Shown here one piece after another: positions 19,283 through 30,985 of a stretch of DNA of 64,000 nucleotides (position 1 is its first letter; each line of letters starts with the position of its first letter). The translations under genes were made by a program, and so were the position numbers. Where the stretch lies: contig NZ_RXYA01000003.1 in the NCBI RefSeq assembly GCF_008086595.1, forward strand, positions 82,129 through 146,128, written 5' to 3'. The notes beneath the pieces are model-generated. The model made no database searches and had not been told where the DNA came from. It was given only the letters and a program-made list of their open reading frames with translations. Source of the stretch: Acetobacterium paludosum. Lineage in GTDB: Bacteria; Bacillota; Clostridia; Eubacteriales; Eubacteriaceae.

Positions 19283-19519
19283 TGTGATAAATGTGACAAA
19301 CGTTAAAATAGCGAATTAAAAAGCTGAAAACGTGTAACAAAAATATTTAATCAAAACGTATTGACAATTCATTTTGATCGTATTAGAATACATAAACAAG
19401 AGCAAAACAAAACGAAACATAATCAAACGTAATAAAAGCGAATAATATATTTGTGAAATTATCCATATCCCGTTTTTACATCGTTAGGCTGAGTTATCAT
19501 TTATCAAATGTGACAAACA
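19283..19519. promoter_or_regulatory. Pair of near-identical direct repeats AT(A/C)AAATGTGACAAAC, ~218 bp apart, in the anfH upstream region; candidate operator sites
   Basis: gtgataaatgtgacaaacg at 19283-19301 and ttatcaaatgtgacaaaca at 19501-19519, within the 603-bp regulator-anfH intergenic region. Confidence 0.3.
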
Positions 19520-19672
19520 TAACATAAATGACGAACCTGAAAATTTTGTTCAAATCAAATATGATGGTAATGAACCATCCAAATTTATAAATAACAAAGA
19601 GGTTATTTGATTTCAGTTCATAGCTGAATTCAAGCAGCCTCTTTTTTATAATTTAAAAAGAAAGACTAATGA

Positions 19673-20509
<837 letters not shown>

Positions 20510-20534
20510 TTCGAAAGGAAAAAGGTGTTAAAAA

Positions 20535-20852
20535 ATGAAAATGATACGAGCAATTATCCGACCGGAGGTCGCTGATACAATCGCGGATGGTCTTGCAGCA
20601 GCAGGTTTTATTTCATTGACCAAAAGCAGCGTTTTTGGTCGCGGTAAGCAAAAAGGCATAACCGTGGGAACCACCCACTATGACGAATTGCCAAAAACAT
20701 CAATCATGCTTGTTGTTGAAGATGAAAATGTAGATGAGGTCATAAAACTGATTAAATGCAAGGCTTACACCGGCAACTTTGGTGATGGAAAGATCTTTAT
20801 CACCCCCGTTGAAAGAGTCGTCGCGGTTCGTACCGGCGATACCGAGCTTTAG
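20535..20852 (+). CDS. nifI1: PII-family nitrogenase regulatory protein NifI1
   Basis: 105 aa GlnB-like protein (MIRAIIRPE..., T-loop GRGKQKG) directly downstream of anfH. Confidence 0.85.
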   Translation: MKMIRAIIRPEVADTIADGLAAAGFISLTKSSVFGRGKQKGITVGTTHYDELPKTSIMLVVEDENVDEVIKLIKCKAYTGNFGDGKIFITPVERVVAVRTGDTEL

Positions 20853-20857
20853 GTGAT

Positions 20858-21226
20858 ATGATGAAGGAAATAATTGCAATCATCCGCCCTAAAAAAGTAG
20901 GCGCCACAAAGAATGCCCTTGACAAATTAGGATACCCGGCGATGACCGCCATCCCCGTTCTCGGCCGGGGCAAGCAACGGGGACTCATTGGGGAAATCAA
21001 TATTGAAATAAGACCAGGTATACTGGAACAACCCCGAGTCATGAAATACATCCCCAAACGTCAGTTTTCAATTATAATCAATGACGCCGATGTCGATCAA
21101 GTACTATCGGCCATTATAGACATTAATCAAACGTCACAATTTGGAGACGGTAAAATTTTCGTTTGTCCCGTTGATAATATTGTCCGAGTCCGAACGGATG
21201 AAGAAGGCGAAGCCGCCATCAATTAA
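20858..21226 (+). CDS. nifI2: PII-family nitrogenase regulatory protein NifI2
   Basis: 122 aa GlnB-like protein with an extended T-loop, paired with nifI1. Confidence 0.85.
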   Translation: MMKEIIAIIRPKKVGATKNALDKLGYPAMTAIPVLGRGKQRGLIGEINIEIRPGILEQPRVMKYIPKRQFSIIINDADVDQVLSAIIDINQTSQFGDGKIFVCPVDNIVRVRTDEEGEAAIN

Positions 21227-21255
21227 AAACTAATCCATTATTAAGGAGGAATTAA

Positions 21256-22824
<1,569 letters not shown>

Positions 22825-22838
22825 TGGAGGGAATGATA

Positions 22839-23189
22839 ATGGATGATTTGACAAAAGACCGCGTCGAACAATTAATTGATTGTATTATGAAAAAGTGTTT
22901 ATGGCAGTTTCATTCCCGAACCTGGGATCGAGAAAGACAAAATGAAAATATTCTCAGAATGACAACCCAAATTCTGTGCGATGAAGCGTTCGATGCTAAA
23001 ACGCTTGAAGATAAATGTTATTGGGTAGATGCCGTTTGTCTGGCAGATGATTACAAAAAAAAATTTACCTGGTTGTTAGGAATAGAGAAATCCGAAATTA
23101 AGCTGATCATGCAAGAAGTAAAAAACCGTTTGGATTATCTGACAATTACCGGATCACTTAATGAAGAATTAAATGATCCACTTTATTAG
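22839..23189 (+). CDS. anfG: Alternative nitrogenase delta subunit (AnfG-like)
   Basis: The ORF-track frame opens at 22824, overlapping the anfD stop; the likely start is the ATG at 22839, 7 nt after GGAGGG. Motifs IMKKCLWQFHSRTWDRERQN, CYWVDAVCLADDY and DYLTITGSLNEEL match my recollection of A. vinelandii AnfG almost residue for residue, and differ from VnfG. Confidence 0.8.
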   Translation: MDDLTKDRVEQLIDCIMKKCLWQFHSRTWDRERQNENILRMTTQILCDEAFDAKTLEDKCYWVDAVCLADDYKKKFTWLLGIEKSEIKLIMQEVKNRLDYLTITGSLNEELNDPLY

Positions 23190-23201
23190 AAAAGGAGTGA
23201 T

Positions 23202-24593
23202 ATGATGTATTGTGAAGTTAACGAGAAAGAACGAACAGGTGTAATCAATCCGATTTTCACCTGTCAGCCCTGCGGGGCACAGTATGCCAGCATTGGCATC
23301 AAGGAATGCATCGGGATTGTTCATGGGGGTCAGGGCTGCGTTATGTTTGTCCGTTTGTTGTTTTCCCAACATTTTAAGGAAAGCTTCGAAATTGCCTCTT
23401 CATCGGTTCACGAAGATGGCGCGATATTTGGTGCTTTAGACCGTGTTGAACAAGCAGTAGACGTTCTTTTAATGCGATATCCAAACGTTAAAGTCATTCC
23501 CATAATTTCAACTTGTTCAACCGAAGTAATTGGCGATGATATTGACGGCGTAGTCATCAAGTTGAATGAAACACTCCTGCCTGAAAAATATCCTGGCCGG
23601 GAAGTCCATCTGATCCCCATCCATACCCCCAGTTTTGTCGGAAGTATGGTCAGTGGTTACGATTTGGCCGTAAAAGATTTTGTCAGCTATTTCGCTAAAA
23701 AAGGCGAATCAAACAACAAAATTAATTTAATCACCGGTTGGGTTAATCCCGGAGATGTAACAGCTTTAAAACATTTACTCTCTGAAATGGATGTTGATGC
23801 AAATGTACTCTTTGAAATTGAAGCTTTTGATTCTCCCCTTATGCCAAGCGGCAACCACGTTTCGCATGGTGATACGACCGTAGAAGATTTAATAGATACC
23901 GCTAATGCCATCGGGACAATCGCTCTGAATCGCTATGAAGGCGGTAAAACAGCCGAATATCTTCAAAAGGAATTTGACATTCCCATGATCATCGGACCAA
24001 CCCCCATTGGAATAAGAAATACGGATACTTTTTTGAAAAATCTCAGCGAGATGACCGGCAAGCCGATACCAGAATCATTGGTTCGGGAAAGAGGCATTGC
24101 TCTTGACGCCATCACGGATGTGACCCATATGTTTTTGGCTGATAAAAAAGTAGCCATCTATGGAAATCCAGATTTAGTCATTGGACTTGCGCAATTCTGT
24201 TTGGATATGGAAATGAAACCCGTGCTTCTTTTACTGGGCGATGATAACCCCAATTATAAAGATGATCCACGAATTCAGGAATTTGAAAAAAATCTTGATT
24301 ACAAAATGGAAATAATCACAAATGCAGATTTATGGGAATTGGAAAACCGGATTAAAAACGATGGTTTGGAAGTCGATCTGATTCTTGGCCATTCGAAAGG
24401 GCGATTTACTGCCATGGACAATAATATTCCAATGGTTCGTGTCGGCTTCCCTGTTTATGACCGTGCTGGCATGTACCGATATCCTGTTGTTGGCTATGCC
24501 GGTGCCATGTGGCTCGCCGAAACAATTGCTAATACCTGGTTTGTAGATATGGAATATAAGAAAAACCGGGAAACAATATTAAATGTCTGGTAG
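23202..24593 (+). CDS. anfK: Alternative (Fe-only type) nitrogenase beta subunit
   Basis: 463 aa NifK-family protein; length matches AnfK (~462 aa); immediately downstream of anfG. Confidence 0.85.
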   Translation: MMYCEVNEKERTGVINPIFTCQPCGAQYASIGIKECIGIVHGGQGCVMFVRLLFSQHFKESFEIASSSVHEDGAIFGALDRVEQAVDVLLMRYPNVKVIPIISTCSTEVIGDDIDGVVIKLNETLLPEKYPGREVHLIPIHTPSFVGSMVSGYDLAVKDFVSYFAKKGESNNKINLITGWVNPGDVTALKHLLSEMDVDANVLFEIEAFDSPLMPSGNHVSHGDTTVEDLIDTANAIGTIALNRYEGGKTAEYLQKEFDIPMIIGPTPIGIRNTDTFLKNLSEMTGKPIPESLVRERGIALDAITDVTHMFLADKKVAIYGNPDLVIGLAQFCLDMEMKPVLLLLGDDNPNYKDDPRIQEFEKNLDYKMEIITNADLWELENRIKNDGLEVDLILGHSKGRFTAMDNNIPMVRVGFPVYDRAGMYRYPVVGYAGAMWLAETIANTWFVDMEYKKNRETILNVW

Positions 24594-24652
24594 TATCAAC
24601 ACTGTTATTGTCTCTATTTAAAAAATCACTGAATTCATGAAAGGGTGATATC

Positions 24653-25600
24653 ATGTTTAACCAAATAAAATATGAAATTCAAGGTATAACAAGTTCCATA
24701 ACCTATGAGAATGGTAATATCAAGGATTGCAGAGTAAATAAACCGAATGTTCTCCATACAAACTACGGTGATTTTACACCTCGCTTTTCACATCCCGACG
24801 AACGAAAGAAGGATACTAAAGCATTGTCCTTCTATGAAAACGGAAATATAAAAAGCATTGCATTGGAAGAACGAAAAAAGGTGGAAACACCAATCGGGGC
24901 CATAAAAGCTGAGTTGATCACCTTTCATGAAAACGGCTCTATTGACAGCCTTTTTCCATCTAATGGTCAAATTGGTTTTGGCTGGTCTATGGAAGACGAA
25001 ACTAAACTCACCGAAAAATATGATTTTCAATTTCCTTTCGGAGAATTTTCCGCAAGAATTATAGCTGTTCGTTTTTATGAAAGCGGACAGTTAAGCAGCC
25101 TAATCCTATGGCCGGGAGAAATAGTTGAAATTGCGACGCCAATCGGAATAATTCCCATTCGAATCGGATTTAAGCTCTATGAAAATGGCTTGTTAGAATC
25201 AGTTGAACCCGCCCATCCAATCATAGTCAATACCCCCATTGGAAATGTGACCGCCTTTGACTACACCGCTTTGGGTATGGATGCCGATTTCAATTCAATC
25301 CATTTTGATGAAAAAGGTAATTTATCCGGTGTTTTTACTAATAGCGATTTCGCAATAAAAAATTTAAACACCAACAAACGCGAAAATATTTTTCAATATT
25401 TGCGTTTAGATATGCTCAGTGACAACTTTCTAAAAGTCCCTACCGTGATCCAATTTGAAAAAGATACCGTTGTTTTTGATACTAACGAAAATACGACTTC
25501 TTATAAAATCAGCGAATGTGAGTTCTTAATCTTATATGATGGGAAATTCGAAGATAACGCCTGCAGTCCAAATGACTGTTCAGAGTGTATCGGATGTTAG
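24653..25600 (+). CDS. anf-operon-associated protein made of MORN-variant-like repeats (xYENGxLxSL ~23-aa repeats), with a C-terminal Cys cluster
   Basis: 315 aa; repeats YENGNIKD, YENGNIKSI, FHENGSIDSL, FYESGQLSSL, LYENGLLESV, FDEKGNLSGV; C-terminal CSPNDCSECIGC; co-oriented 60 nt after anfK. Confidence 0.5.
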   Translation: MFNQIKYEIQGITSSITYENGNIKDCRVNKPNVLHTNYGDFTPRFSHPDERKKDTKALSFYENGNIKSIALEERKKVETPIGAIKAELITFHENGSIDSLFPSNGQIGFGWSMEDETKLTEKYDFQFPFGEFSARIIAVRFYESGQLSSLILWPGEIVEIATPIGIIPIRIGFKLYENGLLESVEPAHPIIVNTPIGNVTAFDYTALGMDADFNSIHFDEKGNLSGVFTNSDFAIKNLNTNKRENIFQYLRLDMLSDNFLKVPTVIQFEKDTVVFDTNENTTSYKISECEFLILYDGKFEDNACSPNDCSECIGC

Positions 25601-25610
25601 GGAGGATGTT

Positions 25611-26213
25611 ATGGATATAGCAGTTCTTGTTAATGCTTCGGGAAAATCATCTGTATTCAATGAAAATGGTATCATTAAAGTTTATTCAAAAAATACGCAA
25701 GGCTGGAATTTGACTAGAGAAAAAGTCTACTCCATCGACCACTTAGAAAACGGAAATGGTTTAAGAGATTATATGAATGAAATTGGTCTCTGGTTGAATA
25801 GTTGCAAGGTTCTCGTTGTTAAACGAATCCGCGGCATTCATTATCTGGCTCTTGAACATTTCCAAATATCAATGTTAGAAATCGAAGGCTATCCTGAAGA
25901 GTTTTTAGAATATATCCAGGATTGTGAGAAACACCAGCGCACTGAGGAAAAAGTTCCTTTAGAAGCAATTGCTATTTTCGAACAACATCCTGGTTATTTT
26001 TACATTGATTTACAAGACGTCATGTCTGGAAAGACATCGTATAATTCCAAACAAATATTACTGCCATTTTTTAAAGAAAAAGCATTCACTCAACTTGAGA
26101 TTGTTTGCGCACATATTCCAAAATGGTTTGAAAAGGAGCTTCCTCTTTTAGGTTTAAAATATAATAGCGGTGAATCCGGTCGTTGCCTAAAGGTCCAAGT
26201 CTCTAAAGTTTAA
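25611..26213 (+). CDS. anf-operon accessory protein (possibly AnfO-like); function unknown
   Basis: ATG at 25611 preceded by GGGAGG; 200 aa; last co-oriented gene after anfK, where anfO/anfR-type genes sit in other anf operons. I did not recognise the sequence itself. Confidence 0.35.
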   Translation: MDIAVLVNASGKSSVFNENGIIKVYSKNTQGWNLTREKVYSIDHLENGNGLRDYMNEIGLWLNSCKVLVVKRIRGIHYLALEHFQISMLEIEGYPEEFLEYIQDCEKHQRTEEKVPLEAIAIFEQHPGYFYIDLQDVMSGKTSYNSKQILLPFFKEKAFTQLEIVCAHIPKWFEKELPLLGLKYNSGESGRCLKVQVSKV

Positions 26214-26586
26214 TATATAGAAAACTAATTATGCTTATAATATTTATTATTATAAAATACCTCCAGTTAACGGGATTAGTTCAAGATCAATCATGCATTC
26301 GATACATATCTTTGCGATTTGTATATGTATTGAATGAAAATCTCCGAGCTAATCCATTTATTTTTTTTGTTCACAGTTCTCATAATTACAAGCCACATAA
26401 ATACATAAATAATTATTGGAAAATACCTCCGATTGTATTTTATTATCAGAGTTTTAATTTCAACAAGTTTTTTCACATAAAAAAAGTGCACCTTCAAACG
26501 TCCGGTTTTCATCTAACATTTGGGGTGCGCTTTTTTATCTGGTTATTTTATCCCTTTTTTCTTTTCAAAAATCCTAAATTTTAAAA

Positions 26587-26796
26587 TTAATCAACCATCA
26601 ACATTACAGAGGTTGCTTTGATTACTGCTGTTGCATCAGAACCGACGGTTAGACCTAATTCTTTAATTGATGCCAATGAAATAGTAGATGAAACAATATT
26701 TCCATTTCCAATATCAATTTTTACAATACCGTTCACAGCGCCTTCTTCAATACTGACAACTTTGCCTTTTAGTTGATTTCTTGCACTTAGTTTCAT
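26587..26796 (-). CDS. mop: Molbindin (single TOBE/Mop domain molybdate-binding protein)
   Basis: 69 aa from the ATG with RBS CAGGAGG; MKLSARNQLKGKV...DIGNG...SSTISLASIKELGLTVGSDATAVIKATSVM fits the Mop/TOBE domain. Confidence 0.75.
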   Translation of the reverse strand: MKLSARNQLKGKVVSIEEGAVNGIVKIDIGNGNIVSSTISLASIKELGLTVGSDATAVIKATSVMLMVD

Positions 26797-27506
26797 AATA
26801 GCCTCCTGATTTAAATTTAATAAGACAATCATTCAGATTATCTTTTGTTATTTATATTGAAACATATTAAACTTAATAATTCCTTAATTTTTTCTTCTTT
26901 TTTCTTTTAATATCTATCTTTGTTCTCAAGCAAATGGCTTTTTAAAGCTATTTATTGAATTTCTTCTATTGTTTAAAATTCAATAACCATTCAGATTATC
27001 CGTATTTTTTATTTTCAATGATTGTTTCATTTTGATCATTTTAATATCTTTTAACTGCGTTTCACTATGATTGATTGCAATTGGTTATATCTAACTATGT
27101 TTAATTAGGTTAAGTTTGTTTTAAAAATTCTGATTTTGTATCGAGACAAGCATCCACATTACAAATAATCTTAATGCCAATGAAAAATGTTATTGAGTTC
27201 TATTTTTGTGATTTTTATTTAACTTACTATTGTATATTTCATCCAGATCAATTAAACTATATAGAAAGCGTTTATCTTTTGTTTTTGTTGAGTTATGACT
27301 TACCATTTTATAAAAGATGGCGCTCTTTTTTATTTTAATAATCATCATTTTCTGTCCAACAACATCGTGTAATAAACAATTCAATTCTAAAAACGAGAAA
27401 ATCACAAATTCTGTATTTTAAAAAAAAATTCCAGGATTTATCTGAATCATAAGTAAAAGCAAACGAATTTTCAACTAACTAAAACGATTAGACGAGGAGA
27501 TATCCT

Positions 27507-29447
27507 ATGACTAACAAAATCTGCAATCCAACAAATGATGAAATAACGAAAATGCCTCTGGGTACAAAAATAAATGAATTTGAAGAGAAAGAAACATCGA
27601 TAACAGCGTTAATCATTGCTAAAGAACAAGCAGAAGCGAAAAATGTCGTCATGATTAAAGAATTAGAGCACTACCGTAATTTTTTCAAAATCAGCCTGGA
27701 TATTTTTTTAACAGTAGGCCCGGATGGCATGATCACAGATGTTAATATGGCTGCTGAAAATGCCGTGGGGATACCGAGAGAAAAGCTGATTGGGAAAGAA
27801 ATTTCAACGTATGTTACCGATTCTCATAAAGTGCAAGCTGGACATCAACAAATAATACGAGAAGGTGTAATCGTTGATCATGAGCTTAATCTCAAACATG
27901 TTAATGGAGCCACTACTCCCTTTTTATTTAATGCATCCTCATACAAAGATAGTGACGGAAAAATAGTCGGCGTGTTTGCTGCTGGAAGAAATATTACCGC
28001 TACCCGGAAAGCTGAAGATGATCTAACCCACCTAAAGAATAATCTTACCCAATTAGTCAAACAACGGGCGGAAGAGCTAATCCTTGTCAATAAAGAGCTT
28101 GCTTTTCAAAATGAAGAGAAAAAGAAACGAGCTGCTGAGTTGATTATTGCCAATAAAGAACTCACCTTTCAAAATGAAGAAAAAGCGGACCGGGCTGCTG
28201 AGTTGATTATTGCTGATAAGGAGCTTGCCTTTCAAAGTGAAGAAAAGGCGGACCGGGCCGCTGAATTAGTTATTGCTGATAAAGAACTCGCCTTTCAAAG
28301 TGAAGAGAAAGCCGACCGAGCCGCTGAGTTGATCATTGCCAATAAAGAGCTTGCCTTTCAAACCGAAGAGAAAGCCGACCGGGCCGCCGAGTTAATTATT
28401 GCTGATAAAGAGCTCGCCTTTCAAAGTGAAGAGAAAGCCGACCGGGCTGCTGAGTTAATCATTGCTAATAAAGAGCTTGCCTTTCAAAATGAAGAAAAAG
28501 ATAAAAGAGCATCTGAGTTAATCATTGCCAATAAGGAGCTTGCCTTTCAAAGTGAAGAGAAAGCCGACCGGGCCGCCGAGTTAATCATTGCCAATAAAGA
28601 GCTTGCCTTTCAAAATGAAGAAAAAGATAAAAGAGCCGCCGAATTAGTACATGCTAATGAAAAGCTTGCCTGTCAAAAAGAAAAAATAGAAAAATTTAAT
28701 AATCAATTAGAATGTCGGGTAATAGAAAGAACGGCAGAACTTGAATCTCTGAATAAAGAATTAGAAGCCTTTTCATATTCCATGTCTCATGACTTAAAGG
28801 CACCTTTAAGGCATATAGCTGGATATATTTCACTTTTGATCAAGAAATATGGCAGCTTATTTCCTAAAGAAGGCGAACATTATCTGGATATGATTTCTTT
28901 TTCTGTCGAAAATATGAATGAATTAATTGAAGGACTACTCCATTTTTCAAGAAGTGGCAGAATCGATATGAATAAAAAGATTCTAAACATGAATGAAATA
29001 GTGAACACTTTGATTCAGCCTATCAAAGAGCAGGAAATTGAACGCAAAATAGAATTTAATATTGAACCGATGCCTTTAGCTTTTGGAGATCTTGAAATGA
29101 TGAAGTCTGTGTGGGCTAATCTTATCGAAAATGCCGTCAAATTTACTAGAAAAGAAGATTTTACAAAAATAGTTATTGGGGCAAATGAAGAAAAGGATGA
29201 AAATATTTACTATATTAAAGACAACGGAGTTGGTTTTGACATGAACTACTCATCAAAATTATTTACTGTTTTTCAACGCTTGCATTTACGTAAGGACTAT
29301 GAAGGTACCGGAATAGGATTAGCAACTGTTAAAAGAGTTATCACAAGACATGGTGGAAAAATATGGGCTGAAAGTAAAGTTGGAGAAGGTGCAAGCTTTT
29401 ATTTCTCACTGATTAATAGAAAGGGAAATGAAAAGACATGGAAATGA
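27507..29447 (+). CDS. Sensor histidine kinase: PAS domain, tandemly repeated signalling helix (10 x 20 aa), HisKA + HATPase
   Basis: 646 aa; PAS region (residues ~60-170); repeats ELIIANKELAFQNEEKADRAA; phosphoacceptor SHDLKAPL; the G1/G2 boxes of the ATPase are present. Confidence 0.85.
   Translation: MTNKICNPTNDEITKMPLGTKINEFEEKETSITALIIAKEQAEAKNVVMIKELEHYRNFFKISLDIFLTVGPDGMITDVNMAAENAVGIPREKLIGKEISTYVTDSHKVQAGHQQIIREGVIVDHELNLKHVNGATTPFLFNASSYKDSDGKIVGVFAAGRNITATRKAEDDLTHLKNNLTQLVKQRAEELILVNKELAFQNEEKKKRAAELIIANKELTFQNEEKADRAAELIIADKELAFQSEEKADRAAELVIADKELAFQSEEKADRAAELIIANKELAFQTEEKADRAAELIIADKELAFQSEEKADRAAELIIANKELAFQNEEKDKRASELIIANKELAFQSEEKADRAAELIIANKELAFQNEEKDKRAAELVHANEKLACQKEKIEKFNNQLECRVIERTAELESLNKELEAFSYSMSHDLKAPLRHIAGYISLLIKKYGSLFPKEGEHYLDMISFSVENMNELIEGLLHFSRSGRIDMNKKILNMNEIVNTLIQPIKEQEIERKIEFNIEPMPLAFGDLEMMKSVWANLIENAVKFTRKEDFTKIVIGANEEKDENIYYIKDNGVGFDMNYSSKLFTVFQRLHLRKDYEGTGIGLATVKRVITRHGGKIWAESKVGEGASFYFSLINRKGNEKTWK
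28066..28680 (+). repeat. In-frame 60-nt tandem repeat (~10 copies) encoding the 20-aa unit RAAELIIA(N/D)KELAFQ(N/S)EEKAD
   Basis: Copies differ mainly at synonymous positions (gcc/gcg/gct; gagttg/gaatta/gagtta) while the peptide repeat is conserved. Confidence 0.85.
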
Positions 29448-29872
29448 AAACAATTCTTTATGTTGACGACAACCCGTTAGATATCGAACTAACTCTGGAA
29501 GCGATAAAAGAAAATCAAATTTTAAATCCGATAATTGTGGCTAATGATGGATTAGAAGCATTAGCGTATTTAAAGTCAGAGGGGATCTATGCGAAACGAA
29601 AGCCCGGAAATCCATGTATGGTTTTGCTTGATTTGAAAATGCCAAGAATGGATGGCCTTGAATTTTTGGCTATTGTTAAAAAGGCTGAAAATTATAAACG
29701 CATACCTGTTATTCTACTTACCTCCTCTCGAGAGGAAAGTGATTTAATCAAAGGGTATAATCTCGGCGTAAATGCCTATGTTGTAAAGCCACTTGATTTT
29801 CTGGCATTAATTGAGGTCGTAAAACAGATTGGAATATTTTGGGCAATTATTAACGAATTGCCGTCGGAATAA
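29438..29872 (+). CDS. Single-domain response regulator (CheY-like receiver)
   Basis: 144 aa; start overlaps the HK stop; conserved receiver Asp (LLDLKMP) and Lys. Confidence 0.85.
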   Translation: MEMKTILYVDDNPLDIELTLEAIKENQILNPIIVANDGLEALAYLKSEGIYAKRKPGNPCMVLLDLKMPRMDGLEFLAIVKKAENYKRIPVILLTSSREESDLIKGYNLGVNAYVVKPLDFLALIEVVKQIGIFWAIINELPSE

Positions 29873-29881
29873 GGTGATAGT

Positions 29882-30916
29882 ATGAATAAGAAATGTTATT
29901 TGAAAATACTTGCATTAGAAGATTCACCAATGGATGCTGAACTGATCGTTGAGTGTTTAAATGAAAACTATGAAGCAGAAATTAAAATGGATGTTGTTGC
30001 GAAAGAAAGAGATTTTGTTTCAGCACTATCTTCAAGAAAATATGATGTGATTTTAGCTGACTTTATGTTGCCTGATTTTAATGGGTTTGCAGCATTAACC
30101 CATGTGAAAAGAATATGCCCGAATATACCATTTATTTGCGTCTCCGGATTTATTGGTGAGGAAACCGCGGTAGAACTTCTGAAGCAAGGCGCCACAGATT
30201 ATGTTTCGAAAGATAAACTGGGTCGATTGGTGCATTCGATCGAAAGAGCTTTAAAAGAATCAAAAGAAAATGAGCAGAATGAAAAAATGGCAATGGAATT
30301 ACTTGAGACCAATGTCTATCTTAAAAATAGTTTGGCAAGTTTTCAACAATTAACTGAAGCGGTAATTAATACAATCGCATTAATTGTTGAAAAAAGAGAT
30401 CCTTATACGGCCGGTCATCAGGAAAGGGTGAGTAAACTCGCCTGTGCAATTGCAGTGGAAATAGGATATGATACCTCATTTGTGGAAGGAATTCGAATAG
30501 CAGGCTTATTGCATGATATTGGGAAGATTGCAATACCAATAGAAATTTTATGTAAACCCGGACAGCTCAGTGAAGATGAGTTTCGTTTGATTAAAATTCA
30601 TCCAAAAGTAAGTTACGAAGTGTTAAAGGAAATTGAATTTAATCGACCTATTGCCGATATCGTTCTGGGACACCATGAAAGACTGGATGGCAGTGGGTAT
30701 CCAAATGGATTAAAAGGTGATGCCATATCAATCGATACAAGAATTCTTTCAGTAGCCGATGTCGTGGAAGCAATGGTTTCATATCGGCCCTATCGACCTG
30801 CACTCGGCTTAAACTGTGCCTTAGCTGAGATAAATAAAAATAGCGGCAACTATTATGACAAAGTTGTTGTCGATACCTGTACTAGGCTCTGTTCCAATGG
30901 GAATTTTAAATTTTAG
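29882..30916 (+). CDS. Response regulator with an HD-GYP phosphodiesterase output domain (c-di-GMP hydrolase family)
   Basis: 344 aa; receiver domain; HD motif LLHDIGKIAIP and HHERLDGSGYP (GYP motif). Confidence 0.85.
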   Translation: MNKKCYLKILALEDSPMDAELIVECLNENYEAEIKMDVVAKERDFVSALSSRKYDVILADFMLPDFNGFAALTHVKRICPNIPFICVSGFIGEETAVELLKQGATDYVSKDKLGRLVHSIERALKESKENEQNEKMAMELLETNVYLKNSLASFQQLTEAVINTIALIVEKRDPYTAGHQERVSKLACAIAVEIGYDTSFVEGIRIAGLLHDIGKIAIPIEILCKPGQLSEDEFRLIKIHPKVSYEVLKEIEFNRPIADIVLGHHERLDGSGYPNGLKGDAISIDTRILSVADVVEAMVSYRPYRPALGLNCALAEINKNSGNYYDKVVVDTCTRLCSNGNFKF

Positions 30917-30930
30917 CATCATTAATCTGC

Positions 30931-30975
30931 ATAAAAAACAGCTGTTGTAGTTTAACATCACAACAGCTGTTTATT
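30931..30975. terminator. Bidirectional rho-independent terminator (12-bp stem aacagctgttgt / acaacagctgtt) between convergent genes
   Basis: Perfect inverted repeat flanked by an A-run on one side and a T-rich run on the other; between the stop at 30916 (+) and the stop at 30986 (-). Confidence 0.6.
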
Positions 30976-30985
30976 TCATTTCTAA

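Noticed and set aside
26214-27506. ORFs 26231..26584, 26291..26512 and 27190..27405 in the AT-rich region around mop
   Set aside because: Low-complexity, AT-driven ORFs with Phe/Ile/Lys-rich nonsense translations and no RBS; the region is better explained as promoter/leader DNA (see the repeat motifs).
28066-28680. Possible CRISPR array or intergenic satellite from the strong 60-nt periodicity
   Set aside because: The repeats are in frame within a continuous 646-aa kinase ORF, have no unique spacers, and encode a conserved helical peptide unit.
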